DNA of 64,000 bases from an uncultured Gemmatimonadales bacterium (GTDB lineage: Bacteria; Gemmatimonadota; Gemmatimonadetes; Gemmatimonadales; GWC2-71-9): contig CAWJMT010000036.1 in NCBI GenBank assembly GCA_963844035.1, forward strand, positions 64,001-128,000, in the 5' to 3' direction. The position numbers and the translations under genes are program-made. Below, piece by piece: positions 29,964 to 38,349 of this stretch (positions are counted from its first letter, which is position 1; each line of letters starts with the position of its first letter). The notes below the pieces were generated by a model that was not told the DNA's origin, did no database searches, and saw only the letters and a list, made by a program, of their open reading frames with translations.

Positions 29964-30541
29964 TGCATTGTACGATGGAGGAGTTGCTGGCCCAGCGGGC
30001 GAATGAGGGGTCGGTGTGGGGGCGCCAGCATCTCGCCGAGTGTCCGGTGTGCCAGGCCGAGATGGAGGCACTGTACCAGCGCGTCGCGCAGCTGAAGGCG
30101 CTGCCGCCGATCGGTCCGTCGCGGGACCGGTGGCCCGTCATCCGTCAGCGGGTTGTTGGTGCGCGCACGCGGGAGCGTCGCAACTGGGCGGTTCGGGGCC
30201 TCGCGGCGGCCGCGTTGCTCGCCGGTATAGCGGTGTTCCGTCCCTTCAGTGGGGCGTCGGCATACGCGGAGGACCTGGAGCGGGCCAAGCAGCAGTCGGC
30301 CTCGCTCGAAACCGAGCTGCAGGAGTACAATCCCGACTCGCGGGTCGTGAGCGGACGGGCCGCGTCGCTTGCGGCAGAATTGGAAGATCGCATCGCCGCA
30401 GTGGATGGCTGGCTGGCGCAGGTGAGCGGTACGCCGGCCGAGCGTGACCCAGATCTCGTGAAGATGTGGCAGGACCGCGTGAATCTGATGCAGCAGCTGG
30501 TGGATGTGCACGTGACCAGCGCGTCGTACGTGGGCTTGTGA
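29960..30541 (+). CDS. Putative anti-sigma factor (HxxxCxxC, TM helix, coiled coil)
   Basis: HLAECPVC, TM helix; ATGA coupling to the sigma gene. Confidence 0.8.
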   Translation: MMHCTMEELLAQRANEGSVWGRQHLAECPVCQAEMEALYQRVAQLKALPPIGPSRDRWPVIRQRVVGARTRERRNWAVRGLAAAALLAGIAVFRPFSGASAYAEDLERAKQQSASLETELQEYNPDSRVVSGRAASLAAELEDRIAAVDGWLAQVSGTPAERDPDLVKMWQDRVNLMQQLVDVHVTSASYVGL

Positions 30542-31416
30542 CGTCTCGCGAAGCAGAGCGGATCCTATTCATTCTCGCTACCATCGTGCTGAGTCTGCCC
30601 CGGCCTTCGGCCGCGCAGGCGCAGCCGAACCAGCCACGGCCGCGCACCCTGGTGCCGACCCGTGGACCGCACGGTCGCCTCGGGGTCGTCGTCAAGACGG
30701 GAGCCGCTCCGAGCACTGACAGCATCGGCGCGTGGATCGAGGCGGTCACGCCCGGAGGGCCTGCGGCAAAAGCCGGTCTCAAGGCCGGTGACGTCATCAC
30801 CAAATTCAACGGGACGGCGCTCGCCGGCTTGGCGGCGCCCGAGGAGAATGCCTCGGGCCCGGGGCGCAAACTGGTGACGCTGGCGCGCGATCTGGCGCCC
30901 GGCGACACGGCCCCCATCGAGTACCGTCGCGGCAGTGACTCGAAGAAGACGAGAATCGTCACGGAGGACGTCGGTTCGTGGATGGTCATCGTGGACCCCG
31001 TGGAGCCTGTGGGGCCCGGTATCGTTCAAGTTCCTGGGGGTGGAGACCCGGGGTTCCCTTCGTTCTGCTTCGGCGAGTCCTGGTGCGACATCGAGCTCGT
31101 CACCGTCACACCGGAGTTGGGTGACTACTTCGGCACCAAAGAGGGGGTGTTGGTGGTGAAGGCGCCCGGGGACTCGACCCTGCCCCTGAGGAGCGGCGAT
31201 GTGATTCTCGTGATCGGCGGGCGGCGGCCCACGTCCCCCTCGCACGCGATGCGCATCCTGCGGTCCTACGAGGGGGGAGAGACCGTGACCATCGAGATCC
31301 TGCGCAAGAAGAAACACTCGACGGTGGCGTGGCTGGTACCGCGATCCGAAGACCGGTTGCGCCCGTTCCTGCGGATGCACCGGATCGTCCCCGACTCACC
31401 GTCTACCCGAAACTGA
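30538..31416 (+). CDS. Exported tandem PDZ-domain protein
   Basis: GRLGV...VTPGGPAAKAGLKAGDVITKFNG; second PDZ LGDYFGTKEGVLV...LRSGDVIL. Confidence 0.8.
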   Translation: MTSREAERILFILATIVLSLPRPSAAQAQPNQPRPRTLVPTRGPHGRLGVVVKTGAAPSTDSIGAWIEAVTPGGPAAKAGLKAGDVITKFNGTALAGLAAPEENASGPGRKLVTLARDLAPGDTAPIEYRRGSDSKKTRIVTEDVGSWMVIVDPVEPVGPGIVQVPGGGDPGFPSFCFGESWCDIELVTVTPELGDYFGTKEGVLVVKAPGDSTLPLRSGDVILVIGGRRPTSPSHAMRILRSYEGGETVTIEILRKKKHSTVAWLVPRSEDRLRPFLRMHRIVPDSPSTRN

Positions 31417-31419
31417 CGG

Positions 31420-33333
31420 CTATTTGCGCCGCCGCGCGGCCGGGAGCACCTGGTCGAAGGCGGTGAACTCGAAGGGCTTGGGAATGTAGGGGCGCCCGGT
31501 GCCCACCAGGAAGCTCCGCACCTGCTCATCCACCAGCTGGCCGGTCGTGAAAATCACTCGCTCCGCGTGCTCGGCGTCCTTGAGACGGAGCTCCCCATAA
31601 AGCTGTTCCCCGGACAGGTCGGGCATTCGCATGTCGACAATGACGGCATCGAACGTGCCTTCGCGCAGGCGGGCGAGGCCATCCTTGCCGCTCGCCGTGG
31701 TTTCCACCTCATGGCCCCGGCCGGCGAAGTACCGTTGGAGCGCGACGCGCACTGAGGCTTCGTCGTCGACCACGAGTATGCGCAGCTGGTCGCCCACGGG
31801 CGCTGCCAGGGGCAAGCGGCTGTACTCGTCGGAGCCGCGCGCCAGCACGATCGGCAGCTCAACCACAAAACGCGCGCCGCCGGTGGGGGCATTTTCGGCC
31901 CAGATGCGACCATCGTGCTCCCGCACGATGCCCAGTGAAATCGACAACCCGAGCCCGGTCCCCGATCCCGTGGGTTTCGTGGTGAAGAACGGGTTGAAGA
32001 TTCGTTCAATGAGATTGGGCGGGATTCCGGGGCCCGTATCTTCGATTTCGACCCGAATGACGCCGCCGGTACGGCGCGTGCGCACGGTGAGCCGCTGGGC
32101 GTCCCGCTGCCGCTTCTCCATCGCCTGCTCGGCGTTGGTGATGAGGTTCAGGAACACCTGCTGCAGCTGGTGGGCGTCCGCCATCGTCTCGGGCAGCGCG
32201 TCGTCGTAGTCCCGCACGACCTCGATGCCACGCACCCGCAGCTCGTAGCCGCGCAGCTCGAGCGTGTCGTCCAGCACCTGATTGGTCGACGCCGCCGTGC
32301 GCTCCGGCTTGTGCTGCCGGGCGAAGGTGAGGAGGTTCTGGACGATGCGCGACGCGCGTCGCGCCTCCGCATAGATCATCTCCGCTGCGGTGCGCTGGTC
32401 GGGCGGAAAACGCTTTTCGGTCAGGAGCAGCTGCGCAAAGGCGGAAATGCCCGCGAGCGGGTTGTTCAGCTCGTGCGCGACGCCGGAAACCAGCTGCCCG
32501 ATCGCCGACATCTTCTCCGACTGAATCAGCTGTTCCTGCAGCATCTTCTGGTCGGTGACGTCCCGGATGACGCAGAGGACTTCTTCGTCCCTTTGCGGCG
32601 TCGAGTACGTCACCTGGATGGTCCGAACGTCGCCATCCTTACGCAGGAAACTCGTTTCGAAGAGACCGGTTTCGCCCGCGAGCGCCATCTGGAAGTGCGC
32701 CAGGGCCTTCGGCAGCTCGTCATCGGGGAGCATGGGCGCGAACCACTGTGCAACAAGCTCCTCGCGACGGTAGCCTGAGATGTTTTCGGCCGCGTGGTTG
32801 AACGTGGTGAAGCGCCCGTTGGCGTCCAGCGTCACGATCGCGTCCGACGCGGACTCGAACAGGTTGCGATAGCGCGATTCGGAGCGGGCCAGGGTGTCCT
32901 GTGCCCGCTTCTGCTCGGTGATGTCGCGCAGCGTCGAGACGGTGCCAACCAGCTGTCCTTCGACCACCAGCGGCGCGGAAGACACAGCAACATCGCGCTC
33001 GCCGCCATCGGGCCGCAGGACCGTGGTCTCGAACCGCTGCTCTTCCCCGGCGTACCCACGCCGATCCCGCTCCGCGACGTGCTCGCGCTCGACCACGGCG
33101 AGGAGGTCGTCGACAGGGGTCCCGGGCAGGTCCTCGAGCGGCCGCCCAAACAACTCGGCCGCGGCCCGGTTGACGGTCGCCACACGGCGGTCGACCCCGG
33201 TTACCACCACCGCGTCGGCCAGCGCGGCGACGATCTCGCGCGCGGCCGACAGTGGATCGAGCGTCGCGCTCTTCGGCGGGGCGGCGGATCTCCGCACCCC
33301 AGGCGCCGGCGACGTGCGTTGGCGCTTACTCAT
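31420..33333 (-). CDS. Cytoplasmic hybrid histidine kinase (PAS-PAS-HisKA-HATPase-REC)
   Basis: SGVAHELNNPL, QVFLNLITNA, DTGPGI, FFTTK..G.GTGLGL, ILVVDDE, DMRMP. Confidence 0.92.
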   Translation of the reverse strand: MSKRQRTSPAPGVRRSAAPPKSATLDPLSAAREIVAALADAVVVTGVDRRVATVNRAAAELFGRPLEDLPGTPVDDLLAVVEREHVAERDRRGYAGEEQRFETTVLRPDGGERDVAVSSAPLVVEGQLVGTVSTLRDITEQKRAQDTLARSESRYRNLFESASDAIVTLDANGRFTTFNHAAENISGYRREELVAQWFAPMLPDDELPKALAHFQMALAGETGLFETSFLRKDGDVRTIQVTYSTPQRDEEVLCVIRDVTDQKMLQEQLIQSEKMSAIGQLVSGVAHELNNPLAGISAFAQLLLTEKRFPPDQRTAAEMIYAEARRASRIVQNLLTFARQHKPERTAASTNQVLDDTLELRGYELRVRGIEVVRDYDDALPETMADAHQLQQVFLNLITNAEQAMEKRQRDAQRLTVRTRRTGGVIRVEIEDTGPGIPPNLIERIFNPFFTTKPTGSGTGLGLSISLGIVREHDGRIWAENAPTGGARFVVELPIVLARGSDEYSRLPLAAPVGDQLRILVVDDEASVRVALQRYFAGRGHEVETTASGKDGLARLREGTFDAVIVDMRMPDLSGEQLYGELRLKDAEHAERVIFTTGQLVDEQVRSFLVGTGRPYIPKPFEFTAFDQVLPAARRRK

Positions 33334-34004
33334 TTCTTGTAGCAGGCCACCATGGACTCTCGCATCAGCGACAGACTCTTCACCGACGCCGACGTCACCG
33401 CGTCCGGATCTTCGTCTTTTGCGACACAGCTCTTGATGATCTCGAGCGCGTGGATCGGATGCTCATCGTCGTACTTGGCGTGCTCTTCGAGCCACCAACG
33501 CCCCCGGGGACCGATCTTCTCGTTGCTGCCCAGCCCCTTCAGCGCCTTCTCGGAGATCTTCTGAGCCACGCCCTCCACGGCATAGTTCACCGCGCCGACG
33601 GCAGAAGCGAACGGCGCCGTCCGGCTCATGCTGGTGAGGTAGTCGTGGAACTCGCGCGTTTGGGCGTTCATTTCCTCGGCCACCTGAAACCGCGCGCGGG
33701 GGACCTTGAAGCCGTCGCCCATGGCGCGCCACATGGCATCGTGACGCTTCTCCACGCGGATGTTGTCGCGGAAGAACGACTGGCCATTCGCCGGGGAGCG
33801 ATCCAGCAGGATCTGCAGCCACTGCGGGAAGTCCCGGATGATGGGATAGAACGCCACGAGGAAGTTCTGAATCCCGCCATCGGCGAGTCGATTTTCCGAC
33901 GCATCCACGACGACCGGGGTATCGAGAATCGCCTTGCGGTGCGGCTCCAACTCGGTGTCCAAGCCAGCCACCCAAGTTGGGTGTGGCGTTATCTCTACAG
34001 ACAT
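33330..34004 (-). CDS. Heme-oxygenase-like diiron (TenA/PqqC/CADD-like) iron-containing redox enzyme
   Basis: DNIRVEKRH and WWLEEHAKYDDEH metal-ligand patterns, NYAVEG; AAGGAG SD. Confidence 0.75.
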   Translation of the reverse strand: MSVEITPHPTWVAGLDTELEPHRKAILDTPVVVDASENRLADGGIQNFLVAFYPIIRDFPQWLQILLDRSPANGQSFFRDNIRVEKRHDAMWRAMGDGFKVPRARFQVAEEMNAQTREFHDYLTSMSRTAPFASAVGAVNYAVEGVAQKISEKALKGLGSNEKIGPRGRWWLEEHAKYDDEHPIHALEIIKSCVAKDEDPDAVTSASVKSLSLMRESMVACYKK

Positions 34005-34195
34005 GCCGTCTCCTTCTAGGGCGCGTTTGTGTGGGGGAACCGTCCCAGCAACAAAAGCACCTCAATTTACACTTGGGTGCGAGTGATGCAAATTCAAGTA
34101 CGGTGGTGACTTGGACTACAGCGCCCGATCGCATTACAGGTTTGTCTCGTAACTCCGCTGCCTGCCAAGGCATGCCGTTCCCAGCCCCGTCCCAG

Positions 34196-34226
34196 TTGAC
34201 ATGATATATCAGTCACGCAGTAACGT
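34196..34226 (+). promoter_or_regulatory. Probable padR promoter/operator: TTGACA followed by palindrome TGATATATCA
   Basis: TGAC-A-TGATATATCA-GTCA dyad overlapping the -35 element. Confidence 0.5.
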
Positions 34227-34243
34227 CACGTAACATCGTACTA

Positions 34244-34792
34244 ATGGAGTGTCAAATGAGACGCGGCTTTGGATGGGACACATTCGGATTCGCTTTCGGC
34301 CCGCGACAATGGGCCGGCGGGCGCCGTCGGCGCCAGTGGTTCGAGTCCGGTGACATGAAGTACGTGATCTTGAAACTGGTGCAGGAAAAGCCCCGGCATG
34401 GCTACGAAGTGATGAAGGAGCTCGAAGAGCGCATGCACGGCTGCTACTCCCCGTCGCCCGGGACGGTTTACCCCACGCTCCAGTGGCTCGAGGATGAGGG
34501 CCTGGTGATCGCCAAAGACGTGGCGGGCAAGAAGGTCTTCGAGATTACTGACGCAGGGCGTGCTTTCCTGGAGGAGCATCGCGACGTGGTGGAAGAGATA
34601 TTCGATCGGGTGAAGGAAACCGTGGAGCGGGTAATGGGCGGTGCCATGGTGGACGTCAACCGCGCCGTTGGTCGCCTGGTCAAGGCGGTGTACCGCACCG
34701 GCTGGAAGGTCCAGGACGATGGGGCACGCCGGAAGGTTGCCGAAGTGCTTACACGGGCGGCTGAGGAGCTCGAGGTGCTCGCTGGGCACTAG
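34244..34792 (+). CDS. PadR family transcriptional regulator
   Basis: GDMKYVIL...PRHGYEVM...YSPSPGTVYPTLQWLEDEG. Confidence 0.92.
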   Translation: MECQMRRGFGWDTFGFAFGPRQWAGGRRRRQWFESGDMKYVILKLVQEKPRHGYEVMKELEERMHGCYSPSPGTVYPTLQWLEDEGLVIAKDVAGKKVFEITDAGRAFLEEHRDVVEEIFDRVKETVERVMGGAMVDVNRAVGRLVKAVYRTGWKVQDDGARRKVAEVLTRAAEELEVLAGH

Positions 34793-34967
34793 TCACGGCT
34801 CGCCTCCACACGAAGCGGTAGGCCTGTGCTTCACCTGCCGCTCCATGCGGTCGACCACCAACCGGCATGGCTCCACGTTCTTCCGCTGTGCTCGCGCCGA
34901 GACGGACGCACGGTTTGTCCGATACCCGCCACTCCCGGTGCGCGCCTGCGCCGGCTATGAGGAAGCC

Positions 34968-35249
34968 ATGTTCTTCGTCGTTCTGATGCACTATACGGCG
35001 CCGCTTGCGGAGGTGGACGCGATCCGTCCCGCCCACATCGAGCATCTCGAGCGCTTCGCTCGGGAGGGGGTGTTCCATGCGTGGGCGCGCCGCGACCCTC
35101 CGGCGGGCGGAGTGCTCGTCGCGGCGGCGCCCGACCGTACGACCCTGGAGTCGATCGTCGCTCAGGACCCTTACCTGCAGGCGGGTGTGGCCCGCGCCGA
35201 GATCGTCAATTTCAGCCCCGCCAACGTCCGCGGAGCACTGCGCACCTAG
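34968..35249 (+). CDS. YciI family protein
   Basis: MFFVVLMHYTAPLAEVDAIRPAHIEHL...GGVLV...DPY. Confidence 0.8.
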   Translation: MFFVVLMHYTAPLAEVDAIRPAHIEHLERFAREGVFHAWARRDPPAGGVLVAAAPDRTTLESIVAQDPYLQAGVARAEIVNFSPANVRGALRT

Positions 35250-35390
35250 GTCGGCTGCTAGACGACGTAACTGCATGCGGCACTGAGACGTAGGCCTCCT
35301 GGCGACCGTTCCTCCGCCGCCCCTCTATTGCATCTGGCCCCGGCGCTCGCCACTTTGAGGCCGCGCCCCCCAAAATCTACCGAGGTGATA

Positions 35391-36315
35391 GTGGTCCATC
35401 CGAGTCTGGTGGAGCGCGCCAAGTTGTTCTTCTTCCGCCACTTCGAGCGGATCTTCGTGCTGCTGCTCGTCGGCGCCATGCTTGTCATTCACGCCGTGAT
35501 CGAGCAGAAGTTCGCATTCCTGAGCTTCTACTACCTCCCCGTGATTCTCGCCGGCTTCTACGGCGGCCGGCGCTTTGCCGTCGTGTCCAGCCTGTTCATG
35601 GTGTCGCTCGTCTTTTTCTACCAGGCGGTGCAGGGACTCGACATGCTCCCTGGCTTTTACGAGGGTTCGATTCTGACCCTCGGGCCCTGGGCGGGATTTC
35701 TCATCCTCACCGGGTACGTCGTGGGCAGACTTGCGGAGCAGCGGGAGGCGCGCCTGGTCGAGGTCAAGAACGCCTACATGGCGACCCTCGAGCTGCTCGC
35801 GTTCCATATCGAGTCGACGGAGAAGAACCAGCAGGGCCACGGCAATCGCGTCTCCGAGCTGGCGGTTGCGATTGCGCAGGAGCTCAAGCTGCCGAAGGAG
35901 GACGTCGAGAATCTCCGCGTGGCCGCGCTGCTGCACGAAGTGGGCACCCGCGATCACCGACTGGTCCGCCTGCTGTCGGGCTCGCAGGGCGACGCGTCGG
36001 TTCCGGTGGCTCGCGCGATGCACGGTGCGGCGGGAATTATTGCCGAGTACGCGCACTACTACGAGATCGTCGGCGAGGACTGGGCTATCGACACGCTGCC
36101 CATGCCCCTCACCGTAAAGATCCTTGCCGTGGCGGATGCGTTCGAAACGCTGCAGATCGCCACGCCGGTGCGCCAGGCATTTCCGAAGTGGAGCGCCCTG
36201 GAAGAAATCGAGCGGGGGGCCGGGTCGACGTTCACACCGGCGGTGGTGCGGGCGCTCCGGGCCGTGGCGGGGGCGCCCGAAGCCTCGCATCGCCCCCACC
36301 CTGAAGGTGGTGTAG
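35391..36315 (+). CDS. Membrane protein with degenerate HD-GYP-like domain (probable indel near 36290)
   Basis: N-terminal TM helices (FYYLPVILAG), GHGNRV, AALLHEVG, ILAVADAFE; a cleaner end TLKVV* lies in another frame at 36315. Confidence 0.75.
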
Positions 36316-36318
36316 TCC

Positions 36319-37230
36319 TTACTGCGCAGCCGGCGGCGGCACTACTGCCACCGCCATTCCCATGACGTGATAGCCCGAATCCACATAGACGATCGATCCC
36401 GTGATCGCGCGCGCCAGCGGGCTCAGCAGGAACGCCGCGGTCGCCCCGACATCGTCGGCATGAATCGGCCGTGGTAGCGGGGCGTTGGCGGTCGTGTACG
36501 CGATCATCTGCTCGATGAAGCCGATGGCGCTCGCCGCGCGTGATGCCCAGGGGCCGGCCGAGATGGTGTTCACCCGCACACCGTAGCGGCGGCCTGCTTC
36601 GTAGGCGAGGGTCCGCGTGTCCGCTTCGAGCGCTGCCTTGGCCGACGACATGCCGCCGCCGTATCCCGGGATCACCCGTTCTCCCGCCATGTAGGTGAGA
36701 GAGAGAAAGGCCCCCTCAGGACGCATCATGGGGCCGAGGTGGTGCACCAGCGCGATGTTGCTGTACGCGCTCACCCCCACGGCGTCGAGATATCCGCGCC
36801 GGGAGGTGTCGAGCAGCGGCTTCTTGACTTCCGACGCATTCGCGAGGCTGTGGACCACGATATCGAGTGGCCGCTCGCCAAAATCCTGGCGTAGCCGCTC
36901 GGTGACGCCCTGGACGCTGAAGTCGCCGACCTCGCGGTAGCGCTTGTTCTCCCGGATGTCGGTGGGTGCGTCGGCGAGCGTATCGAAGGCCGCGTCGAGG
37001 GGATAGATGCGCTCGAAGGTCAACGTGCCGCCGTCCGCGAGCCGCATCGACTCCGCGATCTTGCCCCGCTCGAGCAGCTTGGTAAAGATGCCGAGCGCCG
37101 GCGGCCAGGTTCCGAGGCAGATCGACGCTCCCGCCTGGGCGAGGGCTTTGGCGATGGCGAAGCCGAACCCGCCGTCGTCGGCGACACCGGCGATGAACGC
37201 GCGTTTTCCCGAAAGATCGATGTTCAGCAT
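36319..37230 (-). CDS. fabI: Enoyl-ACP reductase (plant/chlamydial-type FabI)
   Basis: [18 protein letters not shown]...ENKRY insert, [20 protein letters not shown]. Confidence 0.9.
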   Translation of the reverse strand: MLNIDLSGKRAFIAGVADDGGFGFAIAKALAQAGASICLGTWPPALGIFTKLLERGKIAESMRLADGGTLTFERIYPLDAAFDTLADAPTDIRENKRYREVGDFSVQGVTERLRQDFGERPLDIVVHSLANASEVKKPLLDTSRRGYLDAVGVSAYSNIALVHHLGPMMRPEGAFLSLTYMAGERVIPGYGGGMSSAKAALEADTRTLAYEAGRRYGVRVNTISAGPWASRAASAIGFIEQMIAYTTANAPLPRPIHADDVGATAAFLLSPLARAITGSIVYVDSGYHVMGMAVAVVPPPAAQ

Positions 37231-37240
37231 GGGCCTCACA

Positions 37241-38236
37241 TTACCATCGTATGGCCGCGCTCGCCCAGGTGAATCCCGAGCCGAACGCGGTGAGAATCAG
37301 CAGGTCGCCTCGCCGCAGCCGTCCTTCCGACAGCGCCTCATCGAGCGCGATCGGGATCGAGGCGGCGGTCGTATTGCCGTATTTCTGAATGTTCGCGTAG
37401 ACCTGGTCGTCACGGAGACCAAGCGCTTTCTGCACCATCTCGATGATACGCAAGTTTGCCTGATGGGGGACCAGGAGCTTCACGTCGGCAGGCGTGAGGC
37501 CGTGGGTGCGGAGCGCGAGCTGGACGGCTTGCGGCATCAGCACGGCCGCTGACTTGAACACCTCGCGACCGTCCATCACCGCGCGATGCTGTCCCGCCTC
37601 GATCATGGCCACACTCACAAACGGGTCGTGGGCGAGGCCCGGGCCGTCGACCCAGAGCTTCTCCGCATGGCGCCCGTCGGCAAAGAGGTGGGTGGAGAGG
37701 ATGCCGCGGTCGGGGTCGTCGGTGGGGCCCAGGATCATCGCGCCTGCGCCGTCCCCGAACAGCACGGCGGTGTCGCGCCCCCGGGTCGTCTTGTCGAGGC
37801 CGCGTGAGTGTACCTCGGCACCCACCAGGAGAATGCGGCGGTACTGGCCGACGCGGATCCACGCGTCCGCGACCGAGAGCCCGTACATGAACCCGCTGCA
37901 CTGGTTGCGGATGTCGATGGCGGGGATGTCGGTGACGCCGAGCTCACGCTGGAGGAACACGCCGTTGCCAGGCTCGAAGTGGTCCGGGGTACAGGTGCAG
38001 TACACGATGCAGTCGAGATCACTCGGCTTCATGCCGGCCTTGGCGAGCGCGCGGGACGACGCTTCCCGTGCCAGGCTCACGCCCGTCTCTCCAGGCCCCA
38101 CCCAGTGGCGGGCGCTGATCCCGCTGCGCTGCACGATCCACTCGTCCGACGTGTCCATCATCGTCGCGAGATCGTGGTTGGTGACGCGCCGCGCGGGCAC
38201 GTGAAAGCCGGTAGCAAGCACTTCGGTACGGGGCAT
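37241..38236 (-). CDS. fabH: 3-oxoacyl-ACP synthase III
   Basis: [49 protein letters not shown]. Confidence 0.93.
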   Translation of the reverse strand: MPRTEVLATGFHVPARRVTNHDLATMMDTSDEWIVQRSGISARHWVGPGETGVSLAREASSRALAKAGMKPSDLDCIVYCTCTPDHFEPGNGVFLQRELGVTDIPAIDIRNQCSGFMYGLSVADAWIRVGQYRRILLVGAEVHSRGLDKTTRGRDTAVLFGDGAGAMILGPTDDPDRGILSTHLFADGRHAEKLWVDGPGLAHDPFVSVAMIEAGQHRAVMDGREVFKSAAVLMPQAVQLALRTHGLTPADVKLLVPHQANLRIIEMVQKALGLRDDQVYANIQKYGNTTAASIPIALDEALSEGRLRRGDLLILTAFGSGFTWASAAIRW

Positions 38237-38303
38237 CAGGCCTCGGCGCGCCAGGTTGCGGGGTGAGAGTGAATGGGGAAGATTTCGCCGCCGGCAGGGC
38301 AAA

Positions 38304-38332
38304 GTTAGGCGGTTAGGCGGTTAGACGGCTAG
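38304..38332. repeat. Octamer tandem repeat (GTTAGGCG)x~3.5
   Basis: gttaggcg gttaggcg gttagacg gctag. Confidence 0.75.
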
Positions 38333-38349
38333 GGACCAAGGGGAGCGAC

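Noticed and set aside
34005..34195. Structured ncRNA or sigma54 promoter in the AT-richer gap upstream of the diiron enzyme
   Set aside because: No convincing -24/-12 motif, terminator or known RNA motif found by eye
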